DNA of 59,488 bases from the IMG/VR virus record IMGVR_UViG_3300027849_000014, positions 1 to 59,488 of that record; one strand, written 5' to 3'. This document shows positions 1 to 7,323 of this stretch, in pieces (position 1 is the first letter of the stretch; every line of letters starts with the position of its first letter). Origin of the DNA: a virus. Its lineage: Duplodnaviria > Caudoviricetes. The notes beneath the pieces were generated by a model. It was given only the letters and a program-made list of their open reading frames with translations, searched no databases and was not told the DNA's origin. The position numbers were made by a program, and so were the translations under genes.

Positions 1-467
1 CATTAAACTCTATAGGGAATGTTGGTATATTCTCTTGGTTAATATAAAATAATCCTAAATTTGGTCTTGCTATATCAGTTGAATCATCAACCATAGCTCC
101 AAAGTTTAGAGGATTATTTGTATATCCTCCAAATCCATTAAAGTCTACAGCCTCAACATTGGAACGATTACTTGTAAAAAATATATTACCTGCTCCAACC
201 TCAATAGAACCTATAGCAACAACATGAGCTGTAGCTTCAGGAGTTAAGGATGCAATACATTTTAAATTGTAATAATCATATTCTATACCGCCTACATTAA
301 TCGTAGTAGCTAATTTACTTATTCCTGCAAATTGCCCTTCAGCACCTTTTTCCAGAACAGTAGCTCCTGTAACTCCACTCATTATTTCTTCGTATGTATA
401 TATCTGCCTTTGACTATTTGTTACTTGTGAGCCTCTTTCAGTTAAGTCTACTGACGGATTAAATCCT
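1..467. repeat. Terminal overlap, left copy (matches 59022-59488)
   Basis: Ungapped alignment by eye: 12 substitutions within 1-340; 341-467 (127 bp) identical. Confidence 0.95.
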
Positions 468-496
468 ACAAACTGTTCATTGCTTGGTGTTGCCAT
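1..496 (-). CDS. N-terminal part of a hypothetical (probably virion) protein spanning the circular junction; continues in 58915-59488
   Basis: ATG at 496 gives MATPSNEQFVGFNPSVDLTERGSQ...YEEIMSGVTG, in frame with track ORF 58915..59403. Confidence 0.8.
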   Translation of the reverse strand, partial: MATPSNEQFVGFNPSVDLTERGSQVTNSQRQIYTYEEIMSGVTGATVLEKGAEGQFAGISKLATTINVGGIEYDYYNLKCIASLTPEATAHVVAIGSIEVGAGNIFFTSNRSNVEAVDFNGFGGYTNNPLNFGAMVDDSTDIARPNLGLFYINQENIPTFPIEFN

Positions 497-514
497 TATT
501 ATTATTTTATCTTA

Positions 515-694
515 TTATTTATTATCGTAAGGAAACATTCTGTTTAAACTATCTCTTCGTGCTCCACATCCACAGGGTTTTCCTGTTGCCTTGCTTACAG
601 TATCAACTACTTTTTTAATTCCTGTTGCGGTTGTTACTCTTTCTATTGTATCTCCTAGCCCTCTAGATTTAAGTTTTACTGGTGTTGACTTCAT
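515..694 (-). CDS. Small basic hypothetical protein (59 aa, GLGDTIE...CGC motif)
   Basis: Hand-translated MKSTPVKLKSRGLGDTIERVTTATGIKKVVDTVSKATGKPCGCGARRDSLNRMFPYDNK; abuts neighbours; below the ORF-track cutoff. Confidence 0.75.
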   Translation of the reverse strand: MKSTPVKLKSRGLGDTIERVTTATGIKKVVDTVSKATGKPCGCGARRDSLNRMFPYDNK

Positions 695-820
695 TTATTT
701 ACAGTTACATTTTTTACTATCACCCGTACACTTAGTACATGGTTCGTAATTTTTAAACATCAATTTATACATTAATGAGTTCCATTCTTTTTTTAAAAAA
801 AGTAAAAATCTTTTTCTCAT
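695..820 (-). CDS. Small Cys-rich hypothetical protein (41 aa)
   Basis: Hand-translated MRKRFLLFLKKEWNSLMYKLMFKNYEPCTKCTGDSKKCNCK; exactly fills the gap between flanking genes. Confidence 0.6.
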   Translation of the reverse strand: MRKRFLLFLKKEWNSLMYKLMFKNYEPCTKCTGDSKKCNCK

Positions 821-823
821 TAT

Positions 824-1039
824 TTATTTTTTAATTATAGACGAAAGGTGAGAACCTACTTTTTCTTTAGCGATACACTGATGCTCATAGCTCATGCTGT
901 GGTCTCCGCCATAAGAATGACCATAGTCTTTCTTAGACATTGCTTTTGATTCATTTCGTCTAGACTTCATGGACTGAGTCTTCTTTCCATTTTTTGCAGC
1001 CATCGACTCATCGAGTCTTGAGTTGTATCCTTGTTTCAT
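824..1039 (-). CDS. Small basic hypothetical protein
   Basis: ORF track; tightly packed in a - strand cluster. Confidence 0.7.
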   Translation of the reverse strand: MKQGYNSRLDESMAAKNGKKTQSMKSRRNESKAMSKKDYGHSYGGDHSMSYEHQCIAKEKVGSHLSSIIKK

Positions 1040-1042
1040 AAT

Positions 1043-1264
1043 CTATTTTTTTTTATTTTTTAATATTTTCTTTACGCTTCCGTCATTAAAGGTAATTGAA
1101 TCTCTACTTGTTCCATGGCCATAATGCATAGTCCCTGTAATTTGTGAAGCTGCTGTTTTTTTTTGGTGCGCTGCGGTTTCTGAAGCCATGTGCTTTTTGA
1201 GTAGCCCTTGAGCTTCAATACACCTTGCTTTTTTAACTGGGTCTTTAATAGAATTACACGACAT
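1043..1264 (-). CDS. Small basic hypothetical protein
   Basis: ORF track; preceded by a TATCTTTG box at 1283-1290. Confidence 0.7.
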   Translation of the reverse strand: MSCNSIKDPVKKARCIEAQGLLKKHMASETAAHQKKTAASQITGTMHYGHGTSRDSITFNDGSVKKILKNKKK

Positions 1265-1282
1265 AAGTTTATTTTTACTTTA

Positions 1283-1290
1283 CAAAGATA
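1283..1290 (-). promoter_or_regulatory. Bacteroidota housekeeping promoter -7 box TATCTTTG
   Basis: Matches TAnnTTTG, intergenic, 18 nt upstream of the ATG at 1264. Confidence 0.7.
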
Positions 1291-1295
1291 CTAAT

Positions 1296-1550
1296 TTATT
1301 TTTTAGATTTTTCGCCAACACACTTCCATCTCTTACGAGATAAATTGTTTGGAGTGTTAGGGTCGTTTTGTTTTTTCTTACTTAATCTTGTTTTAATCCC
1401 ATAGCTTCTTGCGCAGTAAGAATCACCCTTAGATGTACCAGGCCTTACCCTGGGGCCACCACTCCTGGCACTACCTGCCTGGCCATAGCTAACCTTCTTA
1501 CCTGTTGAGGTAATTTTAACTTTTGCTTTTCCAGCTCTTGGTTTAGCCAC
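1296..1550 (-). CDS. Small basic phage protein (SYCARS...RKRWKC motif)
   Basis: ORF track; motif pattern resembles a widespread family of small basic phage proteins (recognised from memory, not searched). Confidence 0.7.
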   Translation of the reverse strand: MAKPRAGKAKVKITSTGKKVSYGQAGSARSGGPRVRPGTSKGDSYCARSYGIKTRLSKKKQNDPNTPNNLSRKRWKCVGEKSKK

Positions 1551-1578
1551 AACTACCTAGTGTATCCTTCTTTGCCAT

Positions 1579-2322
1579 TTATAATATTTGTTCAAATATT
1601 AAATACGCTTCCATCTCTGCATCATCGGATGCAATATCGCCACCATTAGTTTGCCCACTTATATTAATAATATCTCCTGCTAAAAAAATTGTTGGAGCAC
1701 CAAGGTATGTTTTATTAGGGAAGGTTCCGTTGTCAGGCTGACCTAATGACAATCCTAAGAGCACTGTTGCTGATGCGCTATAATTTGATGTGTCTGTAGC
1801 AGAAGCCTGATTGTTTATCATTGTTCTAACAGATACATCCCATGATGCTCCAGCTGCCGTAATGTTTAAAGGTGTGTCGTGTATCCACTTCATACTAGCA
1901 GAGACAAGCTTACAATCAAAAGGCACTTGAAACACAGAGCTGTTTGCCGCTACAGGAGATGCTGATGCTGCAAACTCTAGCGTATCCCCAAATATTCCTG
2001 GGTCTCCACCAAATAAATTCTTCCATATACCTACTACAGAGAACAATGCGCCTCTTTCTCTGGAGATTGTTATTAGTCCTGCGTCCTCAGTAATTAATAT
2101 TCCGTTATCACCTAGCAATGTAATGTCACTAACTGAGCTATCAGAACCTATTAGTTCTATATCAACCTCGTTAGTTCCAACTTCGTTTGCATCTAAGGTA
2201 TAAAATACACCCACCTTATCTGTAGGTATCTGCATGTTATCTAGGTCTTTGTACCCAACCAGAAAGTCTACATCATCTGGATTTACAGTTGCAATAAACT
2301 GTGAAAATTTTTTATTTGCCAT
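1579..2322 (-). CDS. Putative virion fibre/decoration protein
   Basis: MANKKFSQF N-terminus typical of fibre anchor motifs; beta-rich C-terminal domain. Confidence 0.55.
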   Translation of the reverse strand: MANKKFSQFIATVNPDDVDFLVGYKDLDNMQIPTDKVGVFYTLDANEVGTNEVDIELIGSDSSVSDITLLGDNGILITEDAGLITISRERGALFSVVGIWKNLFGGDPGIFGDTLEFAASASPVAANSSVFQVPFDCKLVSASMKWIHDTPLNITAAGASWDVSVRTMINNQASATDTSNYSASATVLLGLSLGQPDNGTFPNKTYLGAPTIFLAGDIINISGQTNGGDIASDDAEMEAYLIFEQIL

Positions 2323-2341
2323 CTTTAATTATTTATTTTTA

Positions 2342-2500
2342 TTATATGCATAGCTCTGGTTTCATTCTGCTGTCGCCAATTACTAATTCTTGTTCACAGA
2401 AATCATCAGCCTCAGTAATTATAAAGCATATATCTGGAATATTCTCATTACGTTTATCCTGAAATGGTATACCATTTCCGTTTCCTATACCTGTTCCCAT
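2342..2500 (-). CDS. Small hypothetical protein (52 aa, GxGxG N-terminus)
   Basis: Hand-translated MGTGIGNGNGIPFQDKRNENIPDICFIITEADDFCEQELVIGDSRMKPELCI; TAATG overlap with the upstream gene. Confidence 0.65.
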   Translation of the reverse strand: MGTGIGNGNGIPFQDKRNENIPDICFIITEADDFCEQELVIGDSRMKPELCI

Positions 2501-2730
2501 TATGCTGTTCTTGTATTTCTTTTTTTATACGCCTTTTTGTGCTCACCTAATCTACCCAATCCTCTTATTACTGGGGGTCCTTTCTTATTATTTTTCTTTG
2601 TGTCTGTAACTAGGTTGGTTCTATTTTTTTTTCCTTGAAGCTTAGCAAGTATATTGTTTCTAAAGTTCAACGCATCTAGCGCTTCCTTGTCTATAACATC
2701 TTTCGATTTGTCTTTTGGTTCGGTTGGCAT
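2500..2730 (-). CDS. Small basic hypothetical protein
   Basis: ORF track; follows the - strand promoter at 2749-2756. Confidence 0.65.
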   Translation of the reverse strand: MPTEPKDKSKDVIDKEALDALNFRNNILAKLQGKKNRTNLVTDTKKNNKKGPPVIRGLGRLGEHKKAYKKRNTRTA

Positions 2731-2756
2731 AATTTATTATCTTTGTTGCAAAGTTA
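2714..2756. promoter_or_regulatory. Adjacent opposing promoters: + TTTG(2714-17)-N20-TATCTTTG(2738-45) and - TAACTTTG(2749-56)
   Basis: Both match TAnnTTTG and lie in the 39-bp gap between divergent genes. Confidence 0.7.
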
Positions 2757-2769
2757 CAAAATTTAATTT

Positions 2770-3201
2770 ATGTCTATTCAAGGTTCTGATTATCTAAAAT
2801 ACTGGAGGGTTATAAGATATTTTATAAAATCCAAATACGGTTTAACACAGGCTGACCTAGATATTCTTCTGTTCCTGTACTCTGAAAAATATTTTTCTAA
2901 AGATAGATTCGATGAGTTCGATGAGCTACTGTCGTGGGATATAAATAGATTTGATAAGCTGCTTAGAGACAACTGGATTGAAGTATTTAGGAAGGGGTCT
3001 AAAAACAAAAGAGGAATATATCAGCTGTCCTACAAGACTGTAAGAATCATTAGCGGTATATACGATAAGCTAGAAGGGAAAGAAATTCCAACAAGTAGTT
3101 CCTTTAACCCTATGTTCGCTAAGAATGTATCATACACCGACAAGGTGTATCGAAATTTTATAATAGAACTTAATAAAGAAATTCGTGAATCAAAAAAATA
3201 A
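2770..3201 (+). CDS. Putative winged-helix DNA-binding protein
   Basis: YGLTQADLDILLFLY...GIYQLS pattern resembles MarR-type wHTH. Confidence 0.55.
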   Translation: MSIQGSDYLKYWRVIRYFIKSKYGLTQADLDILLFLYSEKYFSKDRFDEFDELLSWDINRFDKLLRDNWIEVFRKGSKNKRGIYQLSYKTVRIISGIYDKLEGKEIPTSSSFNPMFAKNVSYTDKVYRNFIIELNKEIRESKK

Positions 3202-3568
3202 GTTTGACATTCAGCCTGTGCTGGATGCTCTCAACATAACTATAGAAGAGCTCGATGAGTTATCAAACACAGGTCCTGTTATTAGAATGAAATCTCATAC
3301 AGCTTACTGTAAACAATCTGAAGTTCATGGATATGGTATGTTTGCTAAGAAAGATATAGCTAAGGATGAAATAATAGGAATGGCTTCTATGGATAATAAA
3401 TATAAAACATATCTAGGTAGATACACCAACCACTCTAACTATCCCAATATTTGTTTTTTATATAATGAAACAAATGACTTAGTAGCAAAGGCAACGCAAG
3501 CAATAACAAAAGGAGAAGAACTGTTTTTAAATTACTCATTACATATTATATCTCCAGAGAAACTATAG
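3185..3568 (+). CDS. SET-domain protein (putative lysine methyltransferase)
   Basis: HGYGMFA (GxG), GRYTNHSNYPN (RxxNHS..PN) and GEELFLNY (ELxxxY) signature motifs. Confidence 0.85.
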   Translation: MNQKNKFDIQPVLDALNITIEELDELSNTGPVIRMKSHTAYCKQSEVHGYGMFAKKDIAKDEIIGMASMDNKYKTYLGRYTNHSNYPNICFLYNETNDLVAKATQAITKGEELFLNYSLHIISPEKL

Positions 3569-3820
3569 TACCACAACAACAGCAGACTCCTGTATTAGAG
3601 TATACTTCTCATCGTGTATAATCATCTTGTGCCCATTACCTTTATCATAATAAATTTCATCCCCAACATTAATACAGCTAACTTCTGAACCAACATTATC
3701 CACAACGCCTTTACTGTATCTAAATTTAGACACGTCTTCAGACGATAGTAATAATCCTGAAGATGTTTTAATCTCTTCCTTAACTTCTGTTATTAATAAA
3801 TTTCTTCCTATTAGTTTCAT
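3563..3820 (-). CDS. groES: Co-chaperonin GroES (Cpn10)
   Basis: 85 aa; KTSSGLLL mobile loop, GVVDNVG, VGDEIYY; downstream of groEL. Confidence 0.88.
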   Translation of the reverse strand: MKLIGRNLLITEVKEEIKTSSGLLLSSEDVSKFRYSKGVVDNVGSEVSCINVGDEIYYDKGNGHKMIIHDEKYTLIQESAVVVVL

Positions 3821-3969
3821 AATGTTTGATAAATTAAAATTGTTTCTACTGAGCAGTCATCGTTAGGACACGAGTGGTTAGATACTATCCCTTCGTCTTC
3901 CATTCCGTAATCTTCATAGCTATGGTCTCCTCCCCATATTAATTCTTTTTCGCACACACTACATTTCAT
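3817..3969 (-). CDS. Small zinc-ribbon protein (50 aa)
   Basis: Hand-translated MKCSVCEKELIWGGDHSYEDYGMEDEGIVSNHSCPNDDCSVETILIYQTL; CxxC...CxxxxC; ATGA overlap with groES. Confidence 0.75.
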   Translation of the reverse strand: MKCSVCEKELIWGGDHSYEDYGMEDEGIVSNHSCPNDDCSVETILIYQTL

Positions 3970-3971
3970 AT

Positions 3972-5573
3972 CTATTTAGTTTCGTATGAGCGCGCCATTG
4001 TTACAATAGCGTTAGTTGAAAGAATAGTTACAGCAACAGACACAGCGTTTTCAAGTGCGGTCCTGGTTACCTTGAGGGGGTCTATAACTCCCATGTCTAT
4101 TAGGTTTCCATGCTTACAATTCTTTAAGTCATAACCCTCACCAGTAAGTGGTGGCTTCGGATATATAGAATCAAAATCTTTCCCTGAGTTCTCAATGATT
4201 TGTCTAGCTGGTGCCTGAAGTGCATACTTCATTATACTGGCAGCAATCTTTTCTTCAGCTGTCGGTGAACATGGTTCGCAGATTTCATATCCTAATCCAT
4301 ATAAAGTCATCCCACCTCCAGGAAGTATTCCCTCTTCCAAGGCAGAACGTACTGCACATACAGCATCATCTACCCTGTCGAACAACTCCTTCTGTTCAAG
4401 GTCTGTGTTACCACCAACATATATCACACCTATACCTCCAGTTAGCGAAGCTATACGTGACATGATAAAATCTTTTTCAAGTTTTGTTTTTGCAATATCA
4501 CATGAGGCCTTTAGTTGTTTAACTCTTTTATCTATATCCTCATGCTTATCAGAATCATCCTTCAGGATAACTGTTGAGCCACGACCAACTATCACCTTGG
4601 CAGCATGACCCAAATCCTCAGCGGTTATAATGCTAAGGTCATCCCCAGTTTTTTCTGAAAAATATGTAGCGCCCACAGTATAAGCAATGTCCTGCATCAG
4701 CTCGTGCTGCTTGTATCCAAAGTTAGGTGGAGCTATATTACATATCTTTAAATTGTTCTTCATCACATTAGCGGCTAATGTGTTTATTACATTCACAGAT
4801 GTTGGAGCTATGATAAGAAGCTTCTGGTTCTTCTGAATGATTGGCTTAAGTATATTCTCTATCTGAAGTATATTACTTATCTCCGCATCGGATACCATAA
4901 TATAAACATCCTCTAGTATACACTCATCTTTCCTTTGGTCATTAATAAACAGCGGTGATGAATATCCTCTGTCAACCTTTATACCTTCCGTAGTTTCATA
5001 GTAGGTAGAACTTGTTTGTGATTTCTCTACAGTAACCACACCGTCTTTACCAACCTGCTTATATACATTAGCTATCGTAGTACCAAGGTCCTTGTCATTG
5101 TTCGCTGATATAATAGCAACGTCCCTCATCTTCTTCTTTGACAATCTTTTAGATTCATCCTTAAGACCAAGCACTACCTCTTTCGTTAGCTCATTAATAT
5201 GACGCAGTACCTCTGTCCTGTTTACACCATCACCAATAAGTTCCGTACCCTTCTTAACCAAAGCTTCGGTTAATACTATAGCCGTTGTCGTTCCATCTCC
5301 AGCTGAGGTGGCAGTCTTGTCAGCAGCCTCCTTCATCATACGAACCGCTAGGTTCTCGACAGGGTCGATAAGGTTAATAGACCTAGCTACCGTCACGCCA
5401 TCTTTCGTAACAGTAATGCCTCCGATATGTTCTTCTGATTCTATTAGTACAGTATTACCTTGAGGACCAAGTGTGCTCTTAACTGCGTTTGATAATTTTG
5501 TAATTCCCGATATAAGTTTATCCCTACCGTCCTTACCGAAGCGAAGCTCCTTAGGTGAAAATCCTTGATTCAT
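3972..5573 (-). CDS. groEL: Chaperonin GroEL (Cpn60)
   Basis: STLGPQG, VTKDGVTVA, AGDGTTTA, EEGILPGGG and GVIDPLKV motifs; 533 aa; no GGM tail. Confidence 0.97.
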   Translation of the reverse strand: MNQGFSPKELRFGKDGRDKLISGITKLSNAVKSTLGPQGNTVLIESEEHIGGITVTKDGVTVARSINLIDPVENLAVRMMKEAADKTATSAGDGTTTAIVLTEALVKKGTELIGDGVNRTEVLRHINELTKEVVLGLKDESKRLSKKKMRDVAIISANNDKDLGTTIANVYKQVGKDGVVTVEKSQTSSTYYETTEGIKVDRGYSSPLFINDQRKDECILEDVYIMVSDAEISNILQIENILKPIIQKNQKLLIIAPTSVNVINTLAANVMKNNLKICNIAPPNFGYKQHELMQDIAYTVGATYFSEKTGDDLSIITAEDLGHAAKVIVGRGSTVILKDDSDKHEDIDKRVKQLKASCDIAKTKLEKDFIMSRIASLTGGIGVIYVGGNTDLEQKELFDRVDDAVCAVRSALEEGILPGGGMTLYGLGYEICEPCSPTAEEKIAASIMKYALQAPARQIIENSGKDFDSIYPKPPLTGEGYDLKNCKHGNLIDMGVIDPLKVTRTALENAVSVAVTILSTNAIVTMARSYETK

Positions 5574-5597
5574 AATTTAAGTGTATTTAATTTAATG

Positions 5598-5628
5598 CAA
5601 ATATAGTAAATAATTTTATCACACACAA
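5598..5628 (-). promoter_or_regulatory. groEL promoter TTG-N20-TATATTTG
   Basis: -7 box at 5598-5605 and TTG at 5626-5628 on the - strand. Confidence 0.7.
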
Positions 5629-5632
5629 TGTT

Positions 5633-5801
5633 GAGACTAGGTCTCCCTATATATATATATATAATTATATGTTTATTGCGTTAAAAATTTTTGACGTTTT
5701 GGTTTTCTTTTATAACATTCTTAACATTAGTACTGATAATCAAATAGTTAACTAAATAAACTCAACACAAACTCAACACAAACATAACATCGCCTTGACA
5801 C
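5633..5801. repeat. Origin-like module A: hairpin, (TA)n tract, palindrome and 11-bp iterons
   Basis: GAGAC-TAG-GTCTC 5633-45; TA tract 5648-70; CTGATAATCAA 5733-43; AAACTCAACAC x2 (5758-79) plus two degenerate units in the same 11-bp phase to 5801. Confidence 0.6.
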
Positions 5802-5809
5802 TATGGCAC

Positions 5810-5833
5810 AAAAAAAAGAGGGCACAACCCCTC
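5810..5833 (-). terminator. Intrinsic terminator
   Basis: GAGGG-GTTGTG-CCCTC followed by T8 on the - strand. Confidence 0.8.
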
Positions 5834-5879
5834 CTTCTTCTTAGGCTATGCCTAATCATCAAACACTACGCAATCATAG

Positions 5880-6056
5880 TTACTTAAATCTCTTCATTCT
5901 AGCGCTGGCCATTTCGTTACCCTCCGCTATCATGCTAACTTTATCCGCACGCTTTACTTCCTGTCGCAGTCTTGCAGCTTTACTTATTCCGCTTTCTAAT
6001 TCAGGAGCATTGTTTATTAATCTCCCGTTTGCAATTGTATAGTCACTGTACATCAT
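5880..6056 (-). CDS. Hypothetical protein (58 aa)
   Basis: Hand-translated MMYSDYTIANGRLINNAPELESGISKAARLRQEVKRADKVSMIAEGNEMASARMKRFK; variant promoter TATCTTTA at 6071-78 upstream and terminator downstream. Confidence 0.75.
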   Translation of the reverse strand: MMYSDYTIANGRLINNAPELESGISKAARLRQEVKRADKVSMIAEGNEMASARMKRFK

Positions 6057-6428
6057 ATCTGTTTTTTTTGTAAAGATACAAATTTTTTTAGATAGGCATA
6101 ACCAAAGGGTTCTATAGCACTCTACGTCAGCGAGGCCACAGCGGAAAGTGATTTTTTAAAAGCACCCCCCCTGATGATTTCAGGATTTTATCTCTGGTTT
6201 TTTTAGCTTTTTATCTGGAGCCCCTCCCCCATGGCTGCGCTCTAGCGCTGCACGTAAAGAACCCAGCCCGTACAAGCGCGCGCCTCCCTACGTTACACGT
6301 AATCCCTACCCCATACCCCCACATATCCCGTATCCTACCCAACAAAGACTCTCAGGTGCATAGAGATGCGCCTTAACCTCTGCGCTATCTGGTGGAGCTT
6401 AAACAAAGCATAGGGAACAATATGCCCG

Positions 6429-6690
6429 TAAGCCTCTGACTCTAAGCAATTTAACTGCGAAAGCACGCACTCTGACACAATTGTTATTTAGAATGAATAT
6501 AAACAACAAAAATAAGTATCTGAACCTCAGCTAGTTATAAGTTATTTTGCCTTAGGGCTTGTGTAGTACCCTTAAATAGACTATTTTTGAACCAGAGATA
6601 AACGCTCCTTGACATTTTGAGATATAACGCACTGATAATCAGACAGTTAGCTACTTTAAGCTACCTATCTCGCTGATAATCAGGTACTTA
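6429..6690. promoter_or_regulatory. Cluster of four 25-bp palindromic sites TAA-N4-CTGATAATCAG-N4-TTA (consensus)
   Basis: Copies at 6429-53, 6513-37, 6625-49 and 6666-90; further copies at 5726-50 and 15787-811. Confidence 0.75.
6592..6599 (+). promoter_or_regulatory. Probable early promoter -7 box TATTTTTG
   Basis: TAnnTTTG match upstream of the + strand early arm; no well-spaced -33 TTG seen. Confidence 0.55.
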
Positions 6691-6699
6691 TAGCGACCA

Positions 6700-6860
6700 G
6701 CACATGTGAACTCAAGTGCGCCCTATCCATCTAAGCAAAGCCTATCAACGAATAGGATGCCAAGCTAGAGAGCTGTAACAGGCTTTAGGAATAGGGTGAC
6801 GTGGGGTGCAGTGTGCGAGCATGGTGATGCCAGCCCGATAACCAAGGGGGGTATCACCGC
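6700..6860 (+). ncRNA. Unclassified structured leader RNA
   Basis: Nested helices 6700-05/6811-16, 6719-26/6791-98, 6737-43/6780-86 and 6763-66/6771-74, then 6823-31/6850-58; G-U pairs favour the + strand; GC-rich, no ORF. Confidence 0.6.
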
Positions 6861-6867
6861 AAAATAA

Positions 6868-6911
6868 CCAGCATCTGGATGACAGGCTAGTGAGAGCGAC
6901 ACTCATGCTGG
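6868..6911 (+). ncRNA. Mini-tRNA-like three-way junction 1
   Basis: CCAGCA [TCTG gatga CAGG] ctag [TGAG agcgaca CTCA] TGCTGG, then GGACTAAC. Confidence 0.65.
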
Positions 6912-6936
6912 GGACTAACTTTTAAATTAAATAACG

Positions 6937-7314
6937 ATGCAATTAACTACAAAACAAATGGAATGTAAAGATGAGTTTAGAATACTAGCTACAATGCTTA
7001 ATGACGCTGAGGTGAAGATAGATAAGCTTACCGAGGTTGGGACGTACATGGTGAAAGTAAGCACTAAGCATTTCGCCATGACGCTCAGGAAGAACGTAGC
7101 TGTATGCCCCCTGAACGTACTACAGCAAGGTGTTCGTACATGGAGCATGAGGCTAACAAACTCAAACGGCAGACAGGTAATGTACGCCTCAAGTATGCAC
7201 CCATCTGTATCCAGCCACATGGGAGACCTAATCTCAAAGCATGAGGATGCTAATGAGGTTGATTACAGGGCAGATGATTGGTCAGAGCTGGAGGCTTACG
7301 CTGGGCTTAAGTAG
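6937..7314 (+). CDS. Early hypothetical protein
   Basis: ORF track; first gene of the + arm with an A-rich start context. Confidence 0.75.
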   Translation: MQLTTKQMECKDEFRILATMLNDAEVKIDKLTEVGTYMVKVSTKHFAMTLRKNVAVCPLNVLQQGVRTWSMRLTNSNGRQVMYASSMHPSVSSHMGDLISKHEDANEVDYRADDWSELEAYAGLK

Positions 7315-7323
7315 ATTACCACC

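Noticed and set aside
1-340. DGR template/variable repeat pair (1-340 vs 59022-59361)
   Set aside because: Mismatches are not adenine-specific on either strand, are mostly synonymous third positions, and no reverse transcriptase is visible.
5758-5801. CRISPR or mini-array in the short repeats (also 15809-15841)
   Set aside because: Units are 11 bp, directly tandem and have no spacers.
6171-6190. Third hammerhead at CTGATGA 6171-6177
   Set aside because: No GAAA or stem III follows; it is a simple CCTGA/TCAGG hairpin. Other CTGATGA hits seen lie inside ORFs without the flanking stems.
6609-6628. E. coli-type sigma70 promoter TTGACA...TATAAC
   Set aside because: Spacing is only 8 bp, and the genome otherwise uses Bacteroidota TAnnTTTG boxes.
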